Source: Macrostomum hystrix (lineage: Eukaryota > Animalia > Platyhelminthes). Taken from it: 64,000 bases of DNA. Every line of letters begins with the position of its first letter. The first letter of the stretch is position 1. The notes beneath the pieces are model-generated. The model saw nothing but the letters and a program-made list of their open reading frames with translations, was not told where the DNA came from and did not search any database. Below, one piece after another: positions 25,446-37,600 of this stretch. The stretch is from the NCBI GenBank assembly GCA_950097015.1, contig CATNEN010000031.1, positions 1,426,001 to 1,490,000 on the forward strand, read 5' to 3'. Made by a program: the position numbers and the translations under genes.

Positions 25446-28400
25446 CTTGTATCATCAATATCATCACCATCAGCAGCAGCAGCAGCAGAAACACCACCTC
25501 GCCGCAAAGGTATTTTCAATCCTTAAATAACAATAAAGTAGTGCTGACTCGCAAGGGGGCGGAAGGCACAGAAGCCTCAATCAGAGACAGTCCTCAGCCA
25601 ATCAGAGACAGTCCTCAGCCAATCAGAGGCAGTCCTCAGCCAATCAGAGACAGTCCTCAGCCAATCAGAGACAGTCCTCAGCCAATCAGAGACAGTCCTC
25701 AGCCAATCAGAGACAGTCCTCAGCCAATCAGAGACAGTCCTCAGCCAATCAGAGACAGTCCTCAGCCAATCAGAGACAGTCCTCAGCCAATCAGAGACAG
25801 TCCTCAGCCAATCAGAGACAGTCCTCAGCCAATCAGAGACAGTCCTCAGCCAATCAGAGACAGTCCTCAGCCAATCAGAGACAGTCCTCAGCCAATCAGA
25901 GACAGTCCTCAGCCAATCAGAGACAGTCCTCAGCCAATCAGAGGCAGTCCTCAGCCAATCAGAGACACTCCTCAGAGACATTCGAACCCCCGACCTTCAA
26001 GTCCACTAAGCTACAACCTGTCCTATCAGGGGCGTTAATTCAAGGGCGTATATTGCCCGAAATATCTTCTCCGCGGCTGCACCTCAGAGTGTGACTCGCC
26101 GCATGGATTGGTCATAGCTATGTTTTATGCAGAGCAATGCTAGTTGTCACTTTCATTCGGTTTGGGAGCTATCGTGAAGTAAGCAGCGGGTACTTGAAAT
26201 ATCCCCATGGTCCTTCCCCAGAGGGAAAAATGGCGAAGTCTTTCGACGGCGACTCTTTCGATCGCCCCCTCTCTTAAAAGTGTGTGTGAGGGTACCCACT
26301 TCATTCAAAGCACTCTCGAATTGAGTTGCACATTCAAAATGCATTCAAACAGCAGAATCGCTGGGCCCAGTCTCATCAGCAGCAGCAGCACATGCTGCCA
26401 GCTCCTCCGCAGGGACTGCCTCAGCTTCAGCAGCGCGACTGGCAACTCAGAGGAGGCGGCAGCGGCGGCGGCGATCTGCTGAGCAGCTTCGACTACGAGC
26501 TGATGCGCAAGGAGTCGCGCATTGTGCAGCTGGAGCGGGAGATCGAGCGGCGCAGGCGCCAAATCGACGAAGCCATTCGCCTCCAGGAGGAGGCGCGCCG
26601 TTCCGGGCACGCCGGCGTCGCCAATCAGTGGTGGCAGGACTACCCGGCTGGCAATCAGCTGCTGGCGGATCGCCGCACAATGTACCATCAGCAGAGGTAC
26701 AACACCGTCACTGGCGGCGACGGCGGCGGCGGCGGCTGCGGCGGCGACAGGGCGCGGAGCAATTTGGCCGATTTTTACAGCAGCGGCGGTGCGGCGTCGT
26801 TTGACGCGGCTGCCGTCTCGCGCGGTTCTTTGCAGCTTCCTGGTGGAAATTCCCTGCTCGACGACTACCGCGGCCCGCTGTTCAGACAGCACTCCAGCGG
26901 AGCTGCGGGTGAGGGCCTTCGGGCCGTTGAATGATCAGCTGGGGAGATGGGACTGGCAGTCCACTGAATGATCAGCTGGGGGAGATGGGACTGGCAGTCC
27001 ACTGAATGATCAGCTGGGGGAGATGGGACTGGCAGTCCACTGAATGATCAGCTGGGGAGATGGGACTGGCAGTCCACTGAATGATCAGCTGGGGGAGATG
27101 GGACTGGCAGTCCACTGAATGATCAGCTGGGGAGATGGGACTGGCAGTCCACTGAATGATCAGCTGGGGAGATGGGACTGGCAGTCCACTGAATGATCAG
27201 CTGGGGGAGATGGGACTGGCAGTCCACTGAATGATCAGCTGGGGGAGATGGGACTGGCAGTCCACTGAATGATCAGCTGGGGAGATGGGACTGGCAGTCC
27301 ACTGAATGATCAGCTGGGGAGATGGGACTGGCAGTCCACTGAATGATCAGCTGGGGAGATGGGACTGGCAGTCCACTGAATGATCAGCTGGGGGAGATGG
27401 GACTGGCAGTCCACTGAATGATCAGCTGGGGGAGATGGGACTGGCAGTCCACTGAATGATCAGCTGGGTAGATGGGACTGGCAGTCCACTGAATGATCAG
27501 CTGGGGGAGATGGGACTGGCAGTCCACTGAATGATCAGCTGGGGGAGATGGGACTGGCAGTCCACTGAATGATCAGAGATAAGCTTTAATATGTGAGCAT
27601 TCGCTCGGATTACATCACTGCCCAATCCCGCAGGTTCCTACTACCAGCACCAGTACGACGGCGTCGGCGGGGCTGTCGCTGGCTTCCCGTCAAACCTCAG
27701 TCAGCCACCACCCAGCCTGGAAGCGGTGAGTTCAGTCTCCTATCTGTCTCTGTCTCTATCTGTCTCTATCTGTCTCTATCAGTCTCTATCCCAAAACCGT
27801 TGGCTGGGATTCCTAACAAAACAAACATTTTGAAAATATGAAAATAGGTTGCACGATACGGTAGTTATCAGAGTGTGTTTAGTGTATTTCCTATCTGCCC
27901 AGTGTATGTATTGGCCTGCCAGACAGCCCACACTGACACTGGTCCTGAAAATGAGGGTTTGGCGGGGAGTTGTTTCTGGAGGTCGCATTCTCATCTCATT
28001 AACTGTGGTAGAGGGCGGGACATTTTGCTGATTGTAATTTCACGATCCGACAGGATTGCGAGTAGGCAGCTGAGCAGAACACAGTTGGCTCACAAACATA
28101 TGGCTGCGGTTATTCTAGCAAGTTCTCACATTCTGTAATTCTGTTCTACCTCTAGTTTTTTGTTTTCTGCGGCTTACAAGCTGCGCCTGCAGTCCCTGCT
28201 CCACCTCGCAGGTAATCCTATAGTGACAATCAATCTATTATTGAATTCCACAGCCTCATCATACAATCAACTCAACAAGACAGCTTAGGAGGCATTTTTA
28301 GGATTCTAGGGCATTCCAACTGCTAGGCTAAAGTGGCCGATGCTAACACCACTGCTCCATCTCCCATTATTTGTATCGGCTTTTTCTGTTTGAATTTTGA

Positions 28401-31400
28401 GCCTTCCTCTCGCTCATCTCGCTCTCAATCATCTCGCTCCTCTCTCTCCTCTCTCTTCTCGCTCTTCTCGCTCCTCTCTCTCCTCTCTCATCTCGCTCCT
28501 CTCTCTCCTCTCTCTTCTCGCTCTTCTCGCTCCTCTCTCTTCTCGCTCTTCTCGCTCCTCTCTCTCCTCTCTCATCTCGCTCCTCTCTCTTCTCGCTCTT
28601 CTCGCTCCTCTCTCTCCTCTCTCATCTCGCTCCTCTCTCTTCTCGCTCTTCTCGCTCCTCTCTCTCCTCTCTCATCTCGCTCCTCTCTCTCCTCTCTCTT
28701 CTCGCTCTTCTCGTTCCTCTCTCTCCTTTCTCTTCTCGCTCTTCTCGCTCCTCTCTCTTCTCGCTCTTCTCGCTCCTCTCTCTCCTCTCTCATCTCGCTC
28801 CTCTCTCTCCTCTCTCTTCTCGCTCTTCTCGTTCCTCTCTCTCCTTTCTCTTCTCGCTCTTCTCGCTCCTCTCTCTTCTCGCTCTTCTCGCTCCTCTCTC
28901 TCCTCTCTCATCTCGCTCCTCTCTCTCCTCTCTCTTCTCGCTCTTCTCGTTCCTCTCTCTTCTCGCTCTTCTCGTTCCTCTCTCTTCTCGCTCTTCTCGC
29001 TCCTCTCTCTTCTCGCTCTTCTCGCTCCTCTCTCTTCTCGCTCTTCTCGTTCCTCTCTCTCCTTTCTCTTCTCGCTCTTCTCGCTCCTCTCTCTTCTCGC
29101 TCTTCTCGCTCCTCTCTCTCCTCTCTCATCTCGCTCCTCTCTCTCCTCTCTCTTCTCGCTCTTCTCGTTCCTCTCTCTTCTCGCTCTTCTCGTTCCTCTC
29201 TCTTCTCGCTCTTCTCGCTCCTCTCTCTTCTCGCTCTTCTCGCTCCTCTCTCTTCTCGCTCTTCTCGCTCCTCTCTCTCCTCTCTCATCTCGCTCCTCTC
29301 TCTCCTCTCTCTTCTCGCTCTTCTCGTTCCTCTCTCTTCTCGCTCTTCTCGTTCCTCTCTCTTCTCGCTCTTCTCGCTCCTCTCTCTTCTCTCTCTTCTC
29401 TCTCTTCTCGCTCCTCTCTCTCCTCTCTCCTCTCTCTCTTCTCGCTCCTCTCTCTCTTCTCGCTCTTCTCGCTCCTCTCTCTCCTCTCTCTTCTCGCTCT
29501 TCTCGCTCCTCTCTCTCCTCTCTCATCTCGCTCCTCTCTCTCCTCTCTCTTCTCGCTCATCTCGTTCCTCTCTCTCCTCTCTCTTCTCGCTCCTCTCTCT
29601 CCTCTCTCCTCTCTCTCTTCTCGCTCCTCTCTCTCTTCTCGCTCTTCTCGCTCCTCTCTCTCCTCTCTCATCTCGCTCCTCTCTCTCCTCTCTCTTCTCG
29701 CTCTTCTCGTTCCTCTCTCTCCTCTCTCTTCTCGCTCTTCTCGCTCCTCTCTCTCTTCTCGCTCCTCTCTCTCCTCTCTCTTCTCGCTCTTCTCGCTCCT
29801 CTCTCTCCTCTCTCTCCTCTCTCTTCTCGCTCCTCTCTCTCTTCTCGCTCCTCTCTCTCCTCTCTTTTCTCGCTCCTCTCGCTCCTCTCTCTTCTCGCTC
29901 CTCTCTCCCGCTCTCTCTCTCCTCTCTCTTCTCTTTCCTATCTCTTGTATCTATCCGCTTTCCTCTCTTCCCTGCACTGTCTCATCTTTCCCACTCTCTA
30001 AGTTCTCAGTTAATCCATTTTTGTCACTTTTTGTACAGTTAAATTCGTAATCATGTTTTTAAAGTGTTATCTCTAATTGCTTTATTATAAAATGCATTAC
30101 TAATGTGTTTCGCTTTATTTTAGTTGCTGAAGGACCGTCACAGAGCCGGCTATCATTATGCTGTGAAACGACTGCTACTCACTCGAGACACCAGGGACAA
30201 GTCTAACAAAGGTGAAGCCAAGTGATACCATGAAACAGAGTGACACCCTAGCTGTGTCTCAATGAACAGATTGACACCCTGGCTGTGTCTCAATGAACAG
30301 AGTGACACCCTGGCTGTGTCTCAATGAACAGAGTGACACCCTGGCTGTGTCTCAGTGGACAGAGTGACACCCTGGCTGTGTCTCAATGAACAGAGTGAGA
30401 CCCTGGCTGTGTCTCAATGAACAGAGTGACACCCTGGCTGTGTCTCAATGAACAGAGTGACACCCGCCATCCGCAGGCTATGGTGTCGGCCTGGTTATTG
30501 AGGCCGGCATCTCTCGGGAGGACGGCCTGCCAGCCGCCCTGGTGCAGGACATTCTACCTGGCAGCGTGTGCGACCGTCTGCGCTCGGAGATCGCCGAAGG
30601 CGACGAGGTGGCCGAGTGGAACGGCTACCGCCTGACCGGCCTGGGTCCGCGGGAGCTGCACCGAGTCCTGGCCACAGCCTGGGAGGCTGACGAGTTCGAA
30701 GTTGTCATTCGAGTGTGAGTTCGGTCGATCCGGCTTATCGATTATTCGTCGATTTTTCTAAGTTCGGCGATTATTCTCAGTTCGTCGATTTTTCTCAGTT
30801 CGTCGATTTTTCTCAGTTCGTCGATTTTTCTCAGTTCGTCGATTATCATCGGTTCGTCGATCAATCATAGATTTTAGTTCGTAGATTTTTCACAGTTCGT
30901 CGATTTTTCTCAGTTCGTAGATTTTTCACAGTTCGTCGATTATTCTCAGTTCGTCGATTATTCTCAGTTCGTCGAGTATTCTCAGTTCGTCGATTATTCT
31001 CAATGCGTCGTTTATTTTCAGTTCGTCGTTTATTTTCAGTTCGTCGATTATTCTCAGTTCGCCGTTTATTTTCAGTTCGTCGATTTTTCTCAGTTCGTCG
31101 ATTATTCTCAGTTGGTCTATTATTCTCAATTCGTCAATTACCCTGAGTTAATCGATTCTTCTCAGTTCGTCGTTCTTAGTTCGTCGATTTTTCTCAGTTC
31201 GTCGATTATTTTCAGTTCGTCGTTTATTTTCAATTCGTCGTTTATTTTCAATTCGTCGTTTATTTTCAGTTCGTCGTTTATTTTCAGTTCGTCGATTTTT
31301 CTCAGTTCGTCGATTATTCTCAGTTCGTCGATTATTCTCAGTTCGTCGATTTTTCTCAGTTCGTCGATTTTTCTCAGTTCGTCGTTTATTCTCAGTTCGT

Positions 31401-31607
31401 CGTTACTGAAAAAGTAGCAGAATAAGATTGTCTGGTACAAGAGGATCATTCAATGGAAATTGCTCATCATCTCACTTTGCAATCGGTCATTTGTATCCGA
31501 TAATTTCGCACGCATTACTGACATCCCGTATTTGATTACAATCATCCACGTGTTTAACAATAAACTATGATTTATTACCACTCTCACAGGCCAGGGTCGG
31601 CAGTCTT

Positions 31608-31641
<34 letters not shown>

Positions 31642-34600
31642 CAGCTAAAAGCCCACAGTCTGACAGCGGGCAGCTTGCAGGATAATACATTTGATAATAA
31701 GTGTGAGACTTCGGCTTAATTTAATTGAGCAAGCAACCTCTAAAAAGTACTTTAAATCCCATCATCCTTTAACCCCCACTGCCCTTCGATTTCTGCAATG
31801 TCCTTCGATTCCTGGAATGTCCTTCGATTCCTGGAATGTCCTTCGATTCCTGGAATGTCCTTCGATTCCTGGAATGTCCTTCGATTCCTGGAATGTCCTT
31901 CGATTCCTGGAATGCCCTTCGATTCCTGAAATTTTCTTCGATTCCTGGAATGTCCTTCGATTCCTGGAATGTCCTTCGATTCCTGGAATGTCCTTCGATT
32001 CCTGGAATGTCCTTCGATTCCTGGAATGTCCTTCGATTCCTGGAATGTCCTTCGATTCCTGGAATGTCCTTCGATTCCTGGAATGTCCTACAATCCCTTT
32101 GTCTAAATTCAAACATTTGCAGCAGCAGCAGCAGGCTTGGACGTCACAGCAGGACACAATCGAACGAAACACAACCTGCTTAGCGGTGGTGCCGCGGGCC
32201 GGCTACGGCCGACCTCCGTCAGCCCCCCGGAGCCGTCCAGCCCAACTGGCGACTCCGTGCCGCCCAAGGAGGTCTTTGTTGGCGCGGCCGAGTTCCCATT
32301 TGAGCGATTCTCGGCCGGCCAAAGCGGCGCCGATCCATTCGCGCCGCCAGCCTCTTCAACCCTGGGCCAGATTCCATTTGCTGGTATTGCGGTTGGAAGC
32401 CAACAGAAGCAGCAGCAGCAGCAGTTACAGTTAGCTGACTTCAAACTGCCACAGCAAGGTCACGGAGTGTTGCAGCAACAACAAGCCGACGTTCAATATC
32501 AAGAAACGCTGCAACAACAACAGTTGCTACAGGAGCGGACACTTCAGCAGCAGCAGCAACTGCAACACCGGAAACTACAGCAGCAACTGCAAATCCAGCA
32601 GCAGCAGCATCAGCAACACCAGCTTCAGATGGAGCAACAGCAGGAACAACAGCAGCAGCAGCAACAGCAGCAGCAGCAACAGCAACAACACCAGCTTCAG
32701 ATGCAGCAACAGCATCAGCAGCAACAGCAGGAACAACAGCAGCAGATGCAGCAGCAGCAGTCGCAAGCTCTAGAGGCTGGAGCGGCAGCAGAAATTGCAG
32801 AGGCTCTGCAATGCGGCACAGCTGGCGAAATATCGGTGCAGCTGTACTTTGACGACTACGACTCCAGCGTCACTGTGCACATCGCCAGGGCCAGAGGCCT
32901 GCCCCCAATGGACTTAAATGGCTTGGCCGACCCGTTTGTCAAGGTGCGGCTGATGCCTGATCCCAATGACAGGTGAGCAGGACTAGTCAGTAGTTCTACT
33001 GTCATAGAATAAATAGAACATACCTGCTTTTCAAACATTCCCAATGTCCTTCAATTCCCAATGTAAGTTTATCGATCCCCTATCCCACGCAGCCCGGAGC
33101 TGCAGCGGCAGATCAAGTACTTGGCCAACACGCTGGAGCCGGATTGGCAGACAACGGTGGTCTTCATGGACATCCCAAAGAGGGAGCTGCGCCGCCATTG
33201 GCTGGACATCTCCGTGTGGGATTACGATAGGCTCAAGACAAACGACTTCATGGGCAGGTGTACCATTCGACTTGGTGAGCCTCACCAGCGTTAGCGCCTC
33301 ACGCGTCAGACTCTTGCACTCAGCTCCTGAGCTCGAATCCCCAGACTCTTGCACTAAGCTCCTGAGCTCGAATCCCCAGACTCTTGCACTCAGCTCCTGA
33401 GCTCGAATCCCCAGACTCTTGCACTCAGCTCCTGAGCTCGAATCCCCAGACTCTTGCACTCAGCTCCTGAGCTCGAATCCCCAGACTCTTGCACTCAGCT
33501 CCTGAGCTCGAATCCCCAGACTCTTGCACTCAGCTCCTGAGCTCGAATCCCCAGACTCTTGCACTCAGCTCCTGAGCTCGAATCCCCAGACTCTTGCACT
33601 CAGCTCCTGAGCTCGAATCCCCAGACTCTTGCACTCAGCTCCTGAGCTCGAATCCCCAGACTCTTGCACTAAGCTCCTGAGCTCGAATCCCAAGACTCTT
33701 GCACTCAGCTCCTGAGCTCGAATCCCCAGACTCTTGCACTCAGCTCCTGAGCTCGAATCCCAAGACTCTTGCACTCAGCTCCTGAGCTCGAATCCCCAGA
33801 CTCTTGCACTAAGATCCTGAGCTCGAATCCCTGAGACGACATTCATTTGGGGCACTTAATAGTCCGCTGTTTCAGTTTTCCCAGCCGTGAAATTGCTGCC
33901 AGCATCAGCTGGGAAAGAAATTTGGGTGGGTTCGGCGACCCCTCAGTCCACAGACTGGACAGCTGTACGCAACCTTTAGATGTACTTTGCGCAATAGCTG
34001 CAGCTGTGTCGGGGTTCGTATTAATAGTATTTTTATAGCATTAGTAAGTTTGCTTTGTATAATCGCCAGTGAACCAGTGAACAAATAAAATATTCTCGAC
34101 ACCAGATCGCAAACTGATGGACAACCAGCCTCGTTGGTACACTCTGTACGCGCATGAGAAGGAGATGCCACAGCCGCCCATGCCGGCAGCCAATTCGTCT
34201 GGCGGCGGATCGTCGCGCAGACGTCAGCGACAGTCGACAGTGGGTCCTGGGCCAGCTGCGGCCAATCAGCAGACTGTGAGCATTGTTCTTGTCACCTCAA
34301 TCTTTCTCTTATCACCCCAATCCTTCTCTTGTCACCTCAATCTTTCTCTTGTCACTCATTTGATTTGCTTGTCACTCTGATCCTTATCATGTCACTCTTT
34401 TGATTTGCTTTTCACTCTGATCCTTCTCTTGTCCCTCAAATCGTTCCTCTTGTCACTCCAATCTTTCTCTTATGACTCCAATCTTTTTCTTATGACTCCA
34501 ATCTTTTTCTTATGACTCCAATCTTTTTCTTATGACTCCAATCTTTTTTTTATGACTCAAATCTTTTTCTTATGACTCCAATCTTTCTCCAGTCACTCCG

Positions 34601-37600
34601 ACCCTTCTCTTATTGCTTCTCTTGATTCTCTTGACACTTCAATTATTCTCTTGTCACTCATTTGATTCTCTAGTCAGTCAGTCTCTCTCTCTCTTGCAGA
34701 AGGGCAACCACCGCCAGCCCAATGCCAACGGAGGCATCGCAGGTGCGAAAGGTAACAATACGAGTTAAATTTATTCCTATTTCAATTTTTAATTTGAATT
34801 AAAATTTTATTTCAAACCCACTCAGTACGTGACAACTCATCGACCATTAAAAAAATCTTATTCAAAGAAAAATATTTATTAAAAATCATTCGCGTGACAC
34901 CATTCGACAGCTAATCGGTCGAAATGAGCGGGAGAAAGAGAGATTTCAACAGCATTTTGGTAAGGGTCGAGTTGTAGGTTTGCGGAGAAGTGTAAGGCGA
35001 TAATCTTGACCTGTTAACAGAAGAAAGACCACGCGATCACCCCCCTGGGAAAAGAACATGGGGGATTTCAAATACCCACTGCCTACTGCACGATGGCTCC
35101 CGAACCGAATGCTTATCTTGGAGGTTTTTTGCCACCAGACACCCCCACGAGAATCGTTGAATATCCCGACGATGCCGATGTTTTGTGATTCTGAAAGTTG
35201 TTTCATCGGATAGAGCGGAAAATTTGAGCCCGTGTTCTGCATTTTCATGGCGATTGGTTGAAAAACTTAGTGAGTTACAGGCACAGATGTGGGTGTTTGA
35301 AACATCGATTGGTCTTTCTATACTGTTAAATGACGAGTGTCTTGCATTGCTAAATCAGTGTACATGCTTTTTTCGCGCTGCCTTAGTCGTGCTTTTTATT
35401 ATTTGTAACCCCCCCCTACGTTTTGTTTTGAGCTTTAAATGTTTTCTAATTCAAAACTTACTAAATAAATAGCCTATTTTAAATTGAGCCTACGCGAAAA
35501 TTCTAGAGAGTTCGCCTATGCTCAAAATACTTCTCACGAGTCAACCTCTCATTAAGAGGTCGAGAGTTTAAATCTCAGTCCAACATCTTGAGACTGGATT
35601 CCGATATCTAGAAACTGGACTCCGATATCTAGAGTGTGGATTCCGATATTTAAGAACTGGATTTTGTATCTAGCGACTGGGGTAGAATGTCTAGGGACTG
35701 GGTTATAAAATGTCTAGGCACTGGGTTAGAATATCTAGGGACTGGGTTAGAATATCTAGGGACTGGGTTATAAAATTTCTAGGGACTGGGTTAGAATGTC
35801 TAGGGACTGGGTTAGAATGTCTAGGGACTGGGTTAGAACATCTAGGGACTGGGTTAGAATGTCTAGGGCCTGGGTTTGAAAATCTAGGGACTGGGTTATA
35901 AAATGTCTAGGGACTGGGTTAGAATGTCTAGGGACTGGGTTAGAATGTCTAGGGACTGGGTTAGAATGTCTAGGGACTGGGTTAGAATGTCTAGGGACTG
36001 GGTTGGAATATCTAGCGACTGGGGTAGAATGTCTAGGGACTGGGTTATAAAATGTCTAGGCACTGGGTTAGAATATCTAGGGACTGGGTTAGAATATCTA
36101 GGGACTGGGTTATAAAATTTCTAGGGACTGGGTTAGAATGTCTAGGGACTGGGTTAGAATGTCTAGGGACTGGGTTAGAATATCTAGGGACTGGGTTAGA
36201 ATGTCTAGGGACTGGGTTAGAATGTCTAGGGACTGGGTTAGAACATCTAGGGACTGGGTTAGAATGTCTAGGGCCTGGGTTTGAAAATCTAGGGACTGGG
36301 TTATAAAATGTCTAGGGACTGGGTTAGAATGTCTAGGGACTGGGTTAGAATGTCTAGGGACTGGGTTAGAATGTCTAGGGACTGGGTTAGAATGTCTAGG
36401 GACTGGGTTGGAATATCTAGCGACTGGGGTAGAATGTCTAGGGACTGGGTTATAAAATGTCTAGGCACTGGGTTAGAATATCTAGGGACTGGGTTAGAAT
36501 ATCTAGGGACTGGGTTATAAAATTTCTAGGGACTGGGTTAGAATGTCTAGGGACTGGGTTAGAATGTCTAGGGACTGGGTTAGAATATCTAGGGACTGGG
36601 TTAGAATGTCTAGGGACTGGGTTAGAATGTCTAGGGACTGGGTTAGAACATCTAGGGACTGGGTTAGAATGTCTAGGGCCTGGGTTTGAAAATCTAGGGA
36701 CTGGGTTATAAAATGTCTAGGGACTGGGTTAGAATGTCTAGGGACTGGGTTAGAATGTCTAGGGACTGGGTTAGAATGTCTAGGGACTGGGTTAGAATGT
36801 CTAGGGACTGGGTTGGAATATCTAGGGACTGGGTTTTGATCTGACAGCTAGATGTGTACTGACACTCTATACAAGCATGTACACATTGTACAAGTATGTT
36901 TAATTGAAGCATGGTGTGCTATCTCTAGCTTGATAATAGCCAGGTAAAAGTACCCTGCAAAGTACATTTTTTTTCGCATGACATCCGCAATTCGCCGCGG
37001 GAGCGTAATAAGTATTTTCTGCCCTTCTTGTTATATAATTTTTTACTCGACTCTCCATTATTGATGTTTGCTTTTGATTTGGCGGCGCCAAACGGATGTG
37101 TTATTGAAACTGCAGGTTACATTGTTAGTTTGTTACAGAGATCTGTTATACGAGTTAAAGAGAAGAGAGGAGACAACAGAAGAGAGTAGACAACAGAAGA
37201 GAGGAGACAACAGAAGAGAGGAGACAACAGAAGAGAGGAGACAACAGAAGAGAGGTGACAACAGAAGAGAGGAGACAACAGAAGAGAGGTGACAACAGAA
37301 GAGAGGAGACAACAGAAGAGAGTAGACAACAGAAGAGAGGAGACAACAGAAGAGAGTAGATAACAGAAGAGAGTAGACAACAGAAGAGAGGAGACAACAG
37401 AAGAGAGGAGACAACAGAAGAGAGGAGACAACAGAAGAGAGGAGACAACAGAAGAGAGGAGACAACAGAAGAGAGTAGACAACTGAAGAGAGTAGATAAC
37501 AGAAGAGAGTAGACAACAGAAGAGAGGAGACAACAGAAGAGAGGAGACAACAGAAGAGAGGAGACAACAGAAAAGAGGAGACAACAGAAGAGAGGAGACA

